From NCBI GenBank assembly GCA_964658305.1, contig OZ210885.1:11656001-11720000 (forward strand): a DNA stretch of 64,000 nt, given 5' to 3'. The notes beneath the pieces were generated by a model. It made no database searches, was not told where the DNA came from, and saw only the letters and a program-made list of their open reading frames with translations. Positions 45,202 through 58,397 of this stretch are shown piece by piece (the first letter of the stretch is position 1; every line of letters begins with the position of its first letter). Both the position numbers and the translations under genes were made by a program. The stretch is from Leptogorgia sarmentosa. Lineage: Eukaryota.

Positions 45202-46143
45202 TGTGACCGGATGATGCGTATCCGTATTTACCTATTTTGTTAGTTAAATGGCGTAGTTAGGCCACAGTAATTTCCTATGCAAACCCCAATTACGCAAATA
45301 GTTTCAAGCTTATCCAAGGTCATAGCTTAAGGGAAGTCAAAACTGCAGAATCATGCTTCTAGCATTATCTTGCGACGCAGATCCTGTTTTTGTGGTTAAT
45401 TTTCTGTAACGTAAAGTTGCTTTCAGCATGAGTGAGCAACCGCAAATCTTCCTTTTACCACGCATTTTACGCAAATGCTACGCACGCGAAAATTGCTAAT
45501 CTTCCTGTGTGTGATTATAAATTGAGCGCACAAAAGTATAATACTGATTCAGTCGCTGTTGCGCAGTCACGGTTAACGCGTATAATGTACGGAATCTACG
45601 TATATATTGGTCGGTCAATGTGGATATACGACGTATGTTTGTAAGAAACCACGCGGAGTCAAGCCTCGGGTGACATTAGGTAAATTGTTAGTTTTTACTG
45701 TGTAATCTTTGCATTTCATTGTATAATTAGTTTTGTTAATCTTTGCGCTTACTAGAGTGTAGTAACGACCTTTGCTTGACCTTCTGTCGACGTGTCGATT
45801 AGCAGTCGATTAGCGCTAGCTGTTGTAGCTGCCAACTGCTTAATTGCCTAAATAGTTTAATCACTTATGTATTCTGTGCTTAATATGGCTTAGTTATGCT
45901 TTAGATTGTTTTATTGCAACCTATTATCTTTAGCTTTTGATTTGTATTTTGATTCATATTATCTCAGTTAATTGTCATATATTTAGTATATTTCCTTATT
46001 CTTGTTACATTAGTGTTCAATTCGTTCTCGTTTATTCGTTTATTGTATTCGTTTATTGTATTCTGGTTTGTAATCGCTTATTAAATTCTTTAAAAACTCA
46101 CTCGTATCTTTGTGCGTAACCCGACCGTACCGGCCGTCTTACA
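45202..46143 (+). repeat. 3' LTR
   Basis: No difference from the 5' LTR seen by eye. Confidence 0.96.
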
Positions 46144-46627
46144 ATTAGCTGCTGAGAACACACAGAAACGACACAAATTTGGTGTGGGTGAAATGGGTCA
46201 TGGGGATGAAGTACTCCTGTATTACAATAACAAGATATTATACACGTATTCATAGGCTCATAGACATTTTTGTTTAAGGACCCTAGCGGGATGCATATAG
46301 GAGACTGGAGACTGGAAGCCATTAGATCCTCCCTTACACTAACCTGTCCAAGGTGTTAAGATCCCCTTGGACAGTTCCTATAGGAATTAATTACATTGAA
46401 TAATTGAGTCTATGGCCTGAAAGTGATCATTTGGAGCACCACACGGAAAGTGTATTCCCCATAGACGAACCCATATTTTTTGTTTTTAGTTTTTCGTTTT
46501 GTTTTGTTTTGTTCGAATATTTTTTTTACGAACTCGTAGTTTTCACCAACACGGCAGATACTCCTGATAAGGTCGACATTGGTGTTTTGATGTATCTTTC
46601 GTTACAGTCTGAGGACCACCGCCCTAG

Positions 46628-47200
46628 GTTTAGCAGCCGTTGTAGCAGCACCAATCCGGTAGCTATGGCTGGCATAATTTGATGCATTCAACCCCGCCTG
46701 GTTAAGCAGCTTTCGGGTTTCAAAGGTTAGATTTTGCTTAGTAAGATGTTTTCCAGATGCAAAAATAAAGAGCGGCCCAGTTACTGTTGGACGTAGCCGG
46801 GTGTAGTTTAGCATGGCTTGCATTGGACAGACTTCGGAGTATGTAGCGCAGATTGTTATTGTCTGACCCCGGCGGAATGGATCGGTCTTAGATTCCTTGA
46901 TAAGAACCGTCATGAATTGAGGTGTTTTGCCACCACTGTTCGGTGAAAAATTAATATATTCTCTGGTCAGGTGTATTTCTGGGTTGAGTTAATTCTCCAA
47001 GATGGAGAAAGTGAAAAAATGGTAATGTCATAGCAGCCCAAACCAACTCAGAGTCAAAGGACTGTGTGAACAGAACGCCGAGCAACATTTGAAATAGGTT
47101 AAGGTGGTTAATTGTTATGGGTAGCCGCACCCGGAGTTGTTGCCCCTGTGAACGTTTTATCCCTCTGGGAACAAGCTGTAAGCGTAGCATTTTGTTCAAG
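46628..47200 (-). pseudogene. DIRS/Ngaro-type tyrosine recombinase fragment
   Basis: LxGIKR...RLPIT...WAAMTL.FF.FL..GELT; SKTDPFRRG; VCP; GPLF; SHSYRIGAATTAA; frameshifted and truncated. Confidence 0.85.
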
Positions 47201-48885
47201 TTTAGCTCAATACCACGACGAATGCGGAAGTGAAAATGGTGATCATTATGTGATGGTCATATGTAATGTACATGATCATGAATTCGCTCATCAAAGCAGT
47301 CCCGACTAGTACTGTTGTTGCATGAATTTTGGTCATTATACTATACGGACTGTTCAGCGTTGACATATTTGTACATACCTTAAACCAGACCTTAAATCGT
47401 TGTTACTAAAACATATACGAAACTATTCGAATAGCAGGAAATAGATTCGAATTGCTGCCATATAATTATAGCAGATCCCGGACAAAGTTAAAACATTAAC
47501 CTTATGAAATCTGTTTTACTCGGCAGCTATTAAGCCAGATCTTAACCCCATTCTAGTTTCCTATTGGCGATAAACCTCAGTCCTAGCATGAAATGTAATT
47601 TTCCAAGTCAAAAACATACCGAATCTCGGCTTCAATTTTATCCATTCACGATCGTTCCAGATTTGACATAGGTATTGGACGGCTTTTTGTGCACGGATGT
47701 CATCAGCAGATTATTAATATAAATTTGTAATATAAAAAAATTTTTTGCTATACATTAAACTCCGGTCATTGCATGCCCTGAAATTACACGTACATGAATA
47801 CATAACTTGCAGTTTAGTTACTTGTGATATCCTACATCTCAGTAAGTGCGCAATTGCAATTCAAAACGACATTGACAATTTAAAGACATGGACATGCAGA
47901 ATATGTTGTATGTAAGTGGTTTTATACAAAGGTCAAACTTGGTGCAAAAGAAAGCCACATATTTCGAATAGCAATCGCAAGACGCGACAACATGAATAAA
48001 TTTGAAGGAAGTCTTTAAAATATGCCATATCGTATGTCGCCCAGTTGAATTCCATTGCAATTTGATATTTGGAATCCGATATATTTATGATTGAAAGCTT
48101 ATATCAAGTCTTCAACGCCCAACCTCGCGTTTCAGAAATCAGTACTTTCGGGGCAGATCCAACAAGTCGCGCATTGACAAGTTTGTACCACCGCGCTGGT
48201 AGCTTGAGCGCAATACATGAGCACTTTGTGTACCTATTTTTAAATAAATGAAGTGCCGTGCAGATGTACGGACTGCCGAGAGTATATTAAACTACCTATA
48301 GGCTAACTGAACGCGTGTTTTCCGAAATTTCTCGCGCTTTTATTAGTTTAGGGAATATTTCACAATTGGTCCGAGTTGACTATTCGCTCACGCTCAGGTA
48401 GCTTGCTTAACCATACGGACAGATGTAATCTTAATGCGATTCTCGCCATGGAATCGGTAACAATGACATGCACACCATTTTTTTTTTTTTTTTTTTACAT
48501 TATCCACAGTGCACAAAACATCGATCAGCGAAAAAACAAACATGCACACGACTTCAACACCACCATTCATTTGGTTGTGTTCTTCCAGTCAAGGGCTGAA
48601 CTAGGGACTTTCTTCCAATTTTGTCTCCCGATTTCCAAAATAATGCTTGGAACAAAGTTAATTCACTGTAGAAGCGCTTCACAACTGATGAGCACGGTAT
48701 GTGTTATTTTTCATGTACTGCAAAAAGTGCAGCTCAACTACAACAAATATTAAGCCCTAAAAATAACGTTTGACAATCTTGTTCGGTAAAGAGACATCAC
48801 GAAATTTAAATTGCAGCTCAACCTACAACAAGTAACACGTCAAAAATAACATTTGAACATCTCGTTTGAAAAATGATATACATAC

Positions 48886-49490
48886 CTCGTCGTCAGAAGC
48901 AATTATGATATCATCCGAGCAGGGCACGAATTCAAACGCGGTAATGGGATCTGAACAAATGTTGTCATGTGACCATATTAACGTCGGCAAGTTTTCTTCA
49001 ACATTCCAAAGCTTCACAGACCCATCGATAGACCTCGATGCAAAGCGACGTGAACGATCATGACCTCCTAGCTCGCCTTTAACTTGAGAAATGGCATCCT
49101 CGTGTGCTGGGAATTTCGACTGCGATTTATTGTTAAGATGAAACCATAACAGTTCTCCGTCATCACAACCAAGCAATGCATAGTTTGAAGCAAGAGCAGT
49201 AATGCAGGTGACTTTAACTTCTGGTTGACCCAAATTAATGCTGGCCTCGATATCATTAAAAGTTCTTAGTTCGATCCTGTTTGCCTCGTCAACAAAAACG
49301 AAACGGACATCATCACTTAATAAGCACACAAAACGTATGGCGACTCCAGATTCGGTCTTTGCGAAGGTTTGAACCATTTTACAACACTCTATGTCGACCA
49401 GAGACAATGTCCCTGAACTGCTTCCAGACAAAGCAAATTTCCCATCCGATGTGATGTCAATTGCTGTAACTATCGAGTCGTCAGGGTGAC
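48886..49490 (-). CDS. WD40-repeat protein internal exon
   Basis: TTTCAG acceptor (phase 1) GHPDDSIVTAIDITSDGKFALSGS; AHEDAI...SIDGSVKLWN; GTATGT donor (phase 0). Confidence 0.85.
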
Positions 49491-49576
49491 CTGAAAGAAG
49501 TAAAACGTTTAATTAAAGCCATTTGAAGTTGTCAAGTATATCAGTTGATATTTCATAAGTACAGCAAATCAGTGAA

Positions 49577-50025
49577 TAATAAACAATTATTGGATGAGGC
49601 TGAGCATGATATCAAGAATTATTCAGACCGAGGTCAATGTTATCTGCCGAAGCGAAGCTGAGGCGGATAACATTGACCGAGGTCTGAATAATTCTTGATA
49701 TCATGCGAAAGCCGAATCCAATAATTGTTTTATTATACATTTAAAAGAGAGTTCACTTTCATTCAGCGAAGGAAATCTGCTACAGGCCATTGTTTGTTTG
49801 TTTGTTTTTTCGCGCGCTTTTAGCTTCAAGCTTTTGACAGCGCTGGGGCTTGGGCAAGAGAGAGTCCAATAATTTTTTTTTTGGATGCAAGTTCGATCCA
49901 AAAGAATAATTATTGGACGCTGATGACGTCATCGGTGGAAAATACGTAATAAATACCGAATACTGAGAATTAGCCGGTGCTTTCTGACCAATCAGGAACG
50001 AGAATAAATTTTGAATGTATAATAA
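49577..50025 (-). mobile_element. Internally deleted Crypton-like element, inverted relative to its neighbour
   Basis: Hairpin end at 49577-49740; carries the 5' region and first ~15 codons (MACSRFPSLNESELS) of the adjacent recombinase gene; ends AATGTATAATAA. Confidence 0.75.
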
Positions 50026-50031
50026 CACAAA

Positions 50032-51702
50032 TTATTATACATTTAACATTTATTCTCCTTCCTGATTGGTCAGAAAGCACCGGCTAATTCTCAGTATTCG
50101 GTACTTATGACGTATTTTCCGCCGATGACGTCATCAGCGTCCAATAATTGTTTTTTTGGATCGAACTTGCATCCAAAAAAAATATTATTGGACTCTCTCG
50201 TGCCCAAGCCCCAGCGCTGTCAAAAGCTTGAAGCTGAAAGCGCGCGAAAAAAAAACAAACAAACAAACGATGGCCTGCTGCAGCAGATTCGCTTCACTTA
50301 ACGATACTGAACTCTCCAAATTACTGGCAGATAAGGATAGTGAAAGCACGAAAAAAGCCACAAGGGGGTGCAAAACCATTTTCGAAGAGTATCTTCGTCA
50401 AAAAAATGTAGAATATCCCCAAGATGCCATGCAGCTGGTCGCTATTTTAAAGCAGTTCTATGCAGAAACAAGAAAGCAAGATGGATGTCAATACCAGAAG
50501 AGCTCGCTTAGTGCTATTAGATTTGGATTAAGTAGACACTTCAAAGAGATATTGAACGTCGACATAACCAAGGACACCGAATTCAAGGAAGCCAACCAAG
50601 TGTTTATCGCACAATGTGTAAAACTAAAGAAAGACGGACTTGCAAAAACTAAACACAAACCCGCCATTGCTGATGAAGACATAAAGAAACTTTACGAAAG
50701 TGGTGTTTTCAACGATGATAACCCAACAACACTTCAGAATAAAGTCTTTTTTGAAATAATGTTGTTCTTTTGTCGCCGAGGGAGGCAGAATTTACGTCAA
50801 CTTAAAAAGGATGACTTTGAAATACAGACCGACGCCAATGGCAGACGCTTCGTTGTCAAAACAACAGACGAACTGACAAAGAACCACAGGGAGAACGACG
50901 AGGCAGAAGATGGAGGAATAATGATGTCAAACGAAGGTCCATTATGTCCTGTGGCCTCATTTGAGAAGTATTTATGGCCGAAGACAAGACACGTCTCGGA
51001 CAGTGAAGTTTGGCACGACAACATGGTTCTCGGAGAACACACTTTGGGGAAGAAAATGAAAGTGTTGTCACAACAAGCTAATTTGAAGCTCGTCATATCA
51101 TGTCTGTAAGCGGTCATCGAAGCGAGAGTAGCATCAAGAATTACTGCAAAACCGACCAGAACACAAAGGCAAAGATGGCAAACAGCTTGATGTCCGTGAT
51201 ACCGAGTGGCGAGTGCACAGAAACTCCTGAAGCTGCTTCTCTACCACTGTTGACTGATTCACAGGAAGAATTTCTACTGAGAGATTTGACAGTACAAACC
51301 TCAAATAATGAGAGTACAAAGCAGTTTAACTTTTACAACTGTAAAGTTGATTTTAACCTTTGATTCAAAATGCAATTGTTTGTTTATTAGTTGTGTGAAA
51401 TTTTAGTGAAGTTGAAAATACTGGAGAGATGTACATGTTCGTTAAATTATCAGAATGCAAAGCAGTTTAACTTTCAAAACTGTAATTAAATTGATTTTAA
51501 ACTTTGAATAAATTAATTAATCGTTTCTCGTGTCTTTTAAATGTACAATAAAACAATTATTGGATTCGGCTTTCGCATGATATCAAGAATTATTCAGACC
51601 TCGGTCAATGTTATCCGCCTCAGCTTCGCTTGGGCAGATAACATTGACCTCGGTCTGAATAATTCTTGATATCATGCTCAGCCTCATGCAATAATTGTTT
51701 AT
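50032..51702 (+). mobile_element. Crypton-like tyrosine-recombinase DNA transposon (defective)
   Basis: Starts TTATTATACATT; DUF3504-type ORF; ~165-bp palindromic right end at 51538-51702. Confidence 0.8.
50270..51363 (+). pseudogene. Crypton/DUF3504 tyrosine recombinase with internal deletions and a frameshift
   Basis: FYAETRKQDG..Y.KSSL..IR..L.RH; LQNKVFF..ML.FCRRGRQNLR; CPV..FEKYL; the HxxR segment is missing and the frame shifts near 51082 into EARHIMSVSGHRSESSIKNY. Confidence 0.85.
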
Positions 51703-52944
51703 TACCATAAACGTTTACGCCGGGCTCCGCTTTTTGCGAGTAATACTCAAAGAAATTAACTTATAATTTTGATGGGGGAACAACATATTTTTCGGAAAGA
51801 CAAGCTTGAAATTCAAATTTCAGGATACTTAGACAACAATCGATCATTGTTGAAATCTTTTAGCTTGAACGACTGGCTTTTGAATTCGTTTCATCATCTT
51901 GGATGTTTTGGCGATCTATAGCCACTCTGATTTTCAAGTTGCAAAATCAATAAAGTCCACTGTGTTATCGAAACGGTCGTGTACGTTTAGTATTGAACTG
52001 AGGTTTATTTATCACCAATATGTCCCAACAGTAAAACTGTTTGGTACCAAAATGTGGAGCGAGAAAGAATTTTTCTCGAGGTGCAGCCTTTTCCTATAGA
52101 AATGTATTGAGCCCGAGGGCCGAGACTCTATTCATCAGCAAACGCGCTTTGCCAAAAAGCAACGCGTTAAAATTTAAATTCAGAATGGCTGAGACCCCTT
52201 ACGAGGAGAGATGCGTATTGAAAAAAGTCGGATGATTTAGATGGTTTCGACAGTTGGACTATGTTTCTCAGTACCAGCTGTTTTTGGCATTATTGATGAA
52301 TTCTGAGGACATTGTTCGTACAGCCGCTGGGAAGATAGCGCGGGCTCAAATGTCCGCGAATTCTGGCTATGGTGCGGACTAAGAATAGCGTTATATATCA
52401 AAATAGGTATGTTGTGGTAAAGAAACGGTTAGCCAGCAGTGATTCACGCTGTTACCTTTTGGCAAATAGTTTGAGTATTATTTTTCCAATACAAGTGCAC
52501 GTCAATTGTTAACCGGATTGTTTTGCATTCATAAACTTGTTTGAGATGTTTATATTCAATGAAAATAATGTCATGGAATAAGAAGTACTTCTTAACACAG
52601 GTTTGGAGCCAATTTACATGAAATCTGTCCTAATAGTCCACCTTGCCTTTATATAAAATCTTTATCTACTTGGTTTTGTCGTGAATTATTGCATGACGAG
52701 CAGGTTCAGACAAATACACACTGTTACACCCAGATCATTAACAAATGGGACAAATTACATACAATTACGTTTTTTCTTTTTCTTCCAAGATCGCATTGCT
52801 TTCAGTAGCAGATCGTCATCATGCAATTTCGCGAACAATGCAGTTGCGCGATAATGGAAATTGTAGACGGTCAAACTCATCATGGCAGTCGAATATATCA
52901 TATATTTGAAACACGATATTGGCGGCAACTATGAGTGACGTACT

Positions 52945-53586
52945 GTACAACTAATTACAAAAAGGTTGTCCTTTCCACACTCAAAACATTGTGCGCACAA
53001 TGCATCGTGGGTATGCATGGCCTGTTCTCGCGTATAAATGAACTATTAAAAGGCGAGGAGTGAAGGTGATCTTAAGATGCCGCGTGCATATAGCCAAGAC
53101 GTACGATGTAGAGCAATATGGTTGACCGAAATAATGGACTTTCAAATTGAAGAAGTGAGCACCTTATAAGTAGCTACAGATGTGATATTTGCCGAAATTT
53201 CGTCTTCTAGACAATGTATCGATGAGTCATTGACTGGAATTAATTTAGAGCGACGTTAGGAACTATTTACTTTCCTTGCTAAGCATAATATTGCTACGCA
53301 AGCGGATAGTCATTGGTTTGCCGATAAAGCTCTGTATAACGAAAAAATTTTTCGTTTTTGCTCGTTGAGTATGACAAGCAGTCTTGTCCAAAGGCAATTC
53401 ATGCCTGCTTTCCAACAAGGTCTGACATTTGTTCGTGAACTCTGTAGAAACTCATCGAAGCTGGACTTTCAACAGTTAATTAAGCAAAACCAGGCCATGC
53501 GTTCCCACGATGCATCGCGTGTTCATAGTTGAACGTTTAATGTTTTGAGTTTGAAAAAGACAACGTTTTTTGAATTAGCTGTATAC
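52945..53586. mobile_element. Degenerate inverted-repeat element
   Basis: ATGCATCGTGGGTATGCATGGCCTG vs CAGGCCATGCGTTCCCACGATGCAT; outer arms TACAACTAATTACAAAAAGGTTGTC vs GACAACGTTTTTTGAATTAGCTGTA. Confidence 0.55.
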
Positions 53587-54640
53587 TCAGAAAAAGTAAA
53601 GATTAGTAATTAGTTTGATTCGACTATAATCACGCACAGCAGTGGATTAATCAATTTTTATTTAGAGATCAAGTTTTTTCCGTTGATTTTCTCCACACGC
53701 AGACTTTATCTCTAAGATCGGTTCGATTCTTTGCAGGAACTCATTTACAAATTGCCTGTCAAAGCTTTTGCCGAATGTCGTGAGTTTCTCCTGGAGGCGT
53801 GTGTTATAGCTACTCACGAGAGAGGGGTTTTGAAATACTAATATATTCTGAATTGAAACGGTATTATATTGTGGGGATGAATAATGGTGAAGAACTCATG
53901 CTAACCATATAACATTGCGGTCCTCTATTTCGTTCTCAACCCTCCCTCACGTGTTTTCGACAAGCTATCGACGACTTAATTTTACCAGTGTTGCAACATT
54001 CAGGTTTACCACATAGGGGTGACGCCGTCAAAAATGACTGCGTGTGAATTAGCACATGGAGCTACAGAATTAGGGCTCGTAGTCGGGGTCCTTTATACCA
54101 CTTCCACTGACTGAGATGACTGAATTAATATCGTCTGAATCGTCTTAATATACTGAGTCTTCTCGGTTTTTATTCACCGATAATCACCTCGCATTCGGCG
54201 AATAATTGTTAAATAATGCGAAATGAATAGTAGCAAATAAATTGAAAAGGATGATGGAAAAAAATTCTTCATGAGCTAAATAAGCATCGAGTTTTACATT
54301 CATTGGCATCGATGTGCTGCAAATCCTATAGGATTTCTATACATGAAACACACCTGAATAATGCATACCGGCTTGTAGCCAGATACTCGCGATGAAACCG
54401 TTTTAATTGTATAGTTCGTAATGGAAAAATAGCATGTGAAGCCATGACAATTTCTTAAATCGAATCCAATATCAATTTGAATGCACTGTTTTTTTGGGAG
54501 AAATATATTCTCAATTAAAACGGATATATCACACACATAAATTTTGTGTGTATAAAGATCATAGTACAATATCCTGTAGTCGCATCAATGTCGACTTAAC
54601 CCACTTTTTTTAAGTTTGAAATATTTCTTCATTTACCCAC

Positions 54641-55049
54641 CTGCACTATGCTCGGCCCAACTATCAGTTGAAAGTGTCCAGTGGAAAAACACATTCTTAT
54701 CAAGCGATCCAAATAATACTCTTTTGCCGTCGGGTGATATTACTGGTGGGACGCTCGACCCTTGACGAACAGTCGATTCTTGTAGTGAGTCGAGATTGAT
54801 TTCACAAATATGCATATCCCGGCTGCATGTGTAAATCATATTGCGATCGCATGCTATTTCCACTGTATAGGACACGGGTAAAATGACTTCTTTCAATGAC
54901 GCATCAGGCTTTTGCCAGTCCCAGATGAACACATGGTTATCTTTGCATCCAATTATAACTTGCAACCCATTAGAACTAAAGCGAACAATCTCAGGTGTGC
55001 CATCGCAATCAATTCCATTGATCACACTGCCATGGGACAAATTCCACAC
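54641..55049 (-). CDS. WD40-repeat protein internal exon
   Basis: TTTAAG acceptor (phase 0) VWNL...VRFSSNG..VIIGCKDNHVFIWD...ISPDGKRVLFGSLDK; GTGGGT donor (phase 1) matches the exon at 49490. Confidence 0.85.
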
Positions 55050-55399
55050 CTTAAAAAATAAAAGGAAAAATTAATATTCTGTATGAAGCTTAAAACTTGT
55101 GACTACAATAATTTATCAAAACTAATTAAGAAAATAATAACTAATAACACGCACATGAATGACTTTGAAATAAGTTTAGTTAGTTATATTATGCGTGCTA
55201 TACTTAAAGCGATTATAAACCGGAAGTTATGCAGTTTTTAAAGATTGAGATAGAGGACAACAAAATAGTTAATATATACGTTCTAGATTATAGGTTTTAC
55301 GTTTTAATTTCCGAGATATACGTATTAAGAACAGACCTAGAATGTGACTGGACAAAGCTTCAGTGGCAAATTATGGAAAAGTCAGATAGGACTATATAC

Positions 55400-57720
55400 A
55401 TACAGTCCTATCTGTATTTAATTTCATATCGTTGGCGGTAGACCATGAATATATTTTGTCAAGGACGAGCTGGCTTTCAGAACTATTATTATCCTGAACC
55501 ACTTCAGAAAAGGTTACATCATCAACATATTTCCAGTCTGAAGTCCTAGGCGAAGACAGTGATAGGTCATTTATCATGATTACAAAAAGGATTGGGCCTA
55601 ACTTTGTTCCCTGAGGGACTCCAGCAGAAACAGGGAGCCATTGTGAGATAGTAGAACCAATCTTCACAGCTTGTCGGCGACATGTTAAAAAACTACAAAT
55701 CCATGGAATGATAGACCGCCTCACATTCATACTGATGAGCTTTTCGACAACAAAATTGTGATTGATCCTATCAAACGCTTTACGAAAGTCAAGGAAGCAG
55801 GCTCTCAGATAACATCCAGGGTTTTCTAAGTTTTTTAGCCAGTTGTGGATTAGGTCCAACAAACAATAAGTTGCTGAACTGCCTTTGAGACTGCCAAATT
55901 GGCGAGGATCAATGTCATCACCAATGTCCTCCAACATCCAGGAAACAACAAAGTCCTCAAGGATTTTTGAAAGGATAGCGGTTAGGGATATAGGTCTAAT
56001 ATCATCTTCACATTCAGGTACTGGGATCTTTGGAACTGGTGTTAAATAGGAGTCCTTCCAGATTGATGGAACAGTTCCTGATATCAAGGATTTGTTAAAA
56101 ATTGATGCAAGGGGCTCGGCAAGCTCAAAGGCAAATTCCTTGAGAATTCGAGCTGGAATTCGATCCGGACCGCACGCCTTACTAGTGTTCAGACTTAAGA
56201 GTTTTTGGCATAATTGGTGTGGGAAAATGGCAGGTGGGACATCAGGTGGGACATCAGGTGCAAATATGCAGGGAGGGAAGAGGTGGCCAGCGGAGGTATG
56301 TCGGCATTCACTGAAGTAAAAAAGGTGTTGACAGTAGAAACCAATTCACCATCAGACAAAATCTTCCCATCACGTTTCAGTTGGATATTCTTCGATGACT
56401 TTTTATTTCGACCAGATAGTTTGTTGACGATATCCCACCATCTTTAACAATTATTTCTGGGAAGATTCTTAGATTTCTCAGCGTAAAAGTTCACCTTTCT
56501 TTTATTGATCTCAGCTTTGACTTTGTTTCTTAAGATCTTCCACTGCTGTACGTCTCCTAAATGGAAGGCTTTTTGGCGCTTTTTTATAAGGTCCTTGATG
56601 TACGGTGTTATCCATGGTTTATCAGTTACGTGAGTGTTCACTTGCTTCAACGGGAAATACAGCTCAATTGCGTTCATTAGTTGCGAGGTAAGCGATTCTG
56701 CTAGATTATCAACTGTAGGGTTCAATCCAACATCTTTAAACCATTCATGTGTACTAACCCAACGACCAAAAGCATTAAGTGCTGGTTGTGAATAACGACG
56801 AAAAGTCCGTTTTACATTCTGGTTTTTACCGGTGTTATTAGTTTGAGCACAAACCGACAGCGGCGACCAGACTATTACATTGTGGTCAGATGTGCCAAGT
56901 GGCGCCAGGATTTCTGGGTCGCTGTAAAACCTGTGGAGGTCAGTGAGAAATAAATCAAGGATCACGTTATTCCGTGTCGGTTTTGATACGATCTGTTTAA
57001 GGTTTTGCCTTACAGATAGAATCCTGGTATTTGATCTGTTAAAGTCTCCAAGGACAAGTATGCCACAATGAGAATATCTATTGCGAACGTGATCGATAGA
57101 CCATGATAAATATTCATTTAGGTCACGCTGCTTGTGTACGTTTCGATCCGGTGGGTTATATACGACACAAATGGCAATGCTTGTTAATGGCCTTGGAAGC
57201 CGACTTGGTCGCAACCATGTCCAAATACACTCGTACTGCGAGTTTTCAAGATCCAACAAGCGTTTGCTATAAATAGAATTTGAGACGTACAAGCCAACAC
57301 CACCACCACGGCCACACACACGATCACGTCGGTATAAACAGAAACCAGTCACAGATAAAAGTTCGTCATCGATCTCTTTACGGAACCAGGTTTCCGTAAC
57401 TGCGGCTACATCAATTTTATTAACGTCCAGAAGTACCGAAAATTCATCGATTTTCGATACAAGGGATCGAGCGTTCAATAATAAAAAACGAGGCAGCCAT
57501 GAGAAATTATTATTCTGTTTTCTTGGAGTAGATTGCAAGGAAATAGGAAGGCAGTTTGTGTGTGCTTTACGTACAGGTTCTTTCCTTAAGAAGCGTTTTG
57601 TAATCCTAGTCGGTATTTGATTAAATTGCTCTGCCTCTGGTAAATTCATAATGTTGTTACTTGATGGACAAGTTATATGGCTCCGCATAGGGGGAGGAAG
57701 GCGATTGGTTTTTGCATGTG
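55400..57720 (-). mobile_element. Broken non-LTR retrotransposon (APE plus RT; CR1/L2-group-like)
   Basis: LLNARSL, VTETW, YNPP, GDFN, SDHN; RPISL, DFRKAFD, GVPQGTKLGP, YVDD; frameshifts near 56444 and 56090; 3' end missing. Confidence 0.92.
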
Positions 57721-57747
57721 GATTTTTGACTCGGTCTCCTCATTTAC

Positions 57748-57816
57748 CTCATTTTCCTCATTTTCCCCCTGCAGCTGAACAAGTTTAGCCGCGAGACGCT
57801 TGCATTCAATCTCAGC
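57748..57816 (-). CDS. Putative coiled-coil exon
   Basis: TTTTAG / GTAAAT; AEIECKRLAAKLVQLQGENEENE; phase 0-0. Confidence 0.5.
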
Positions 57817-58025
57817 CTAAAAATAGAACGTGTATATTATATATTTAGTTGAGTGAAACATTTCTTAAGATCCAGGACTCGTTCCGGTCAAAAACAGAAA
57901 AGACTGAAGCAAAATATTTTGATAAATACTGCATAGAAATCGACAGAAATATTCATGAGAATCTTTTGTGTTGTACACGTGGGCTTTCTAATAAATTGTT
58001 CTCGATAAAAAGCGAATGCAGTAAT

Positions 58026-58397
58026 TAACAATTATTGGATGAGGTTTTTGTGATATGCGGAATTATCAAGGTCGATGTAAGCGTTATGAGCCGAGCCGAA
58101 ACCGAATTCAATAATTGTTTTATTATACATTTGAAGAATAATAAACAATGTATTAATGCATGAAAAACTTCATTTATGAAAACATAGGCTCATTTTGTAC
58201 ATAATTAGTTATCTGCTAGCAGATGGGGGGCAATACTAAAACATCAATATCTCCGCTAACACTCGTACGTGATTCTGTACTTTCTGCGATCATTCTGCTA
58301 GCAGATAACTGGATTTCCTGTAGGTTGCGTGATTGCGCGATTTAACTGTAAGCTCTTAGCCAATCAGATTGCTTTTACCATCTACAATGTATAATAA
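58026..58397. mobile_element. Non-autonomous Crypton-like element
   Basis: Shares AACAATTATTGGATGAGG...AATAATTGTTTTATTATACATT and CCAATCAG...AATGTATAATAA with 49577-50025. Confidence 0.7.

Larger units (their letters stand above)
39006..46143 (+). mobile_element. Full-length Ty3/Gypsy LTR retrotransposon (7138 bp), antisense to the host gene
   Basis: 942-bp TG...CA LTRs, 4-bp TSD ATTA (39002-39005, 46144-46147), PBS, PPT, intact gag and pol in PR-RT-RH-IN order. Confidence 0.97.

Noticed and set aside
39236..46119. Duplicated 70-aa and 60-aa ORFs
   Set aside because: Chance ORFs inside the two LTRs
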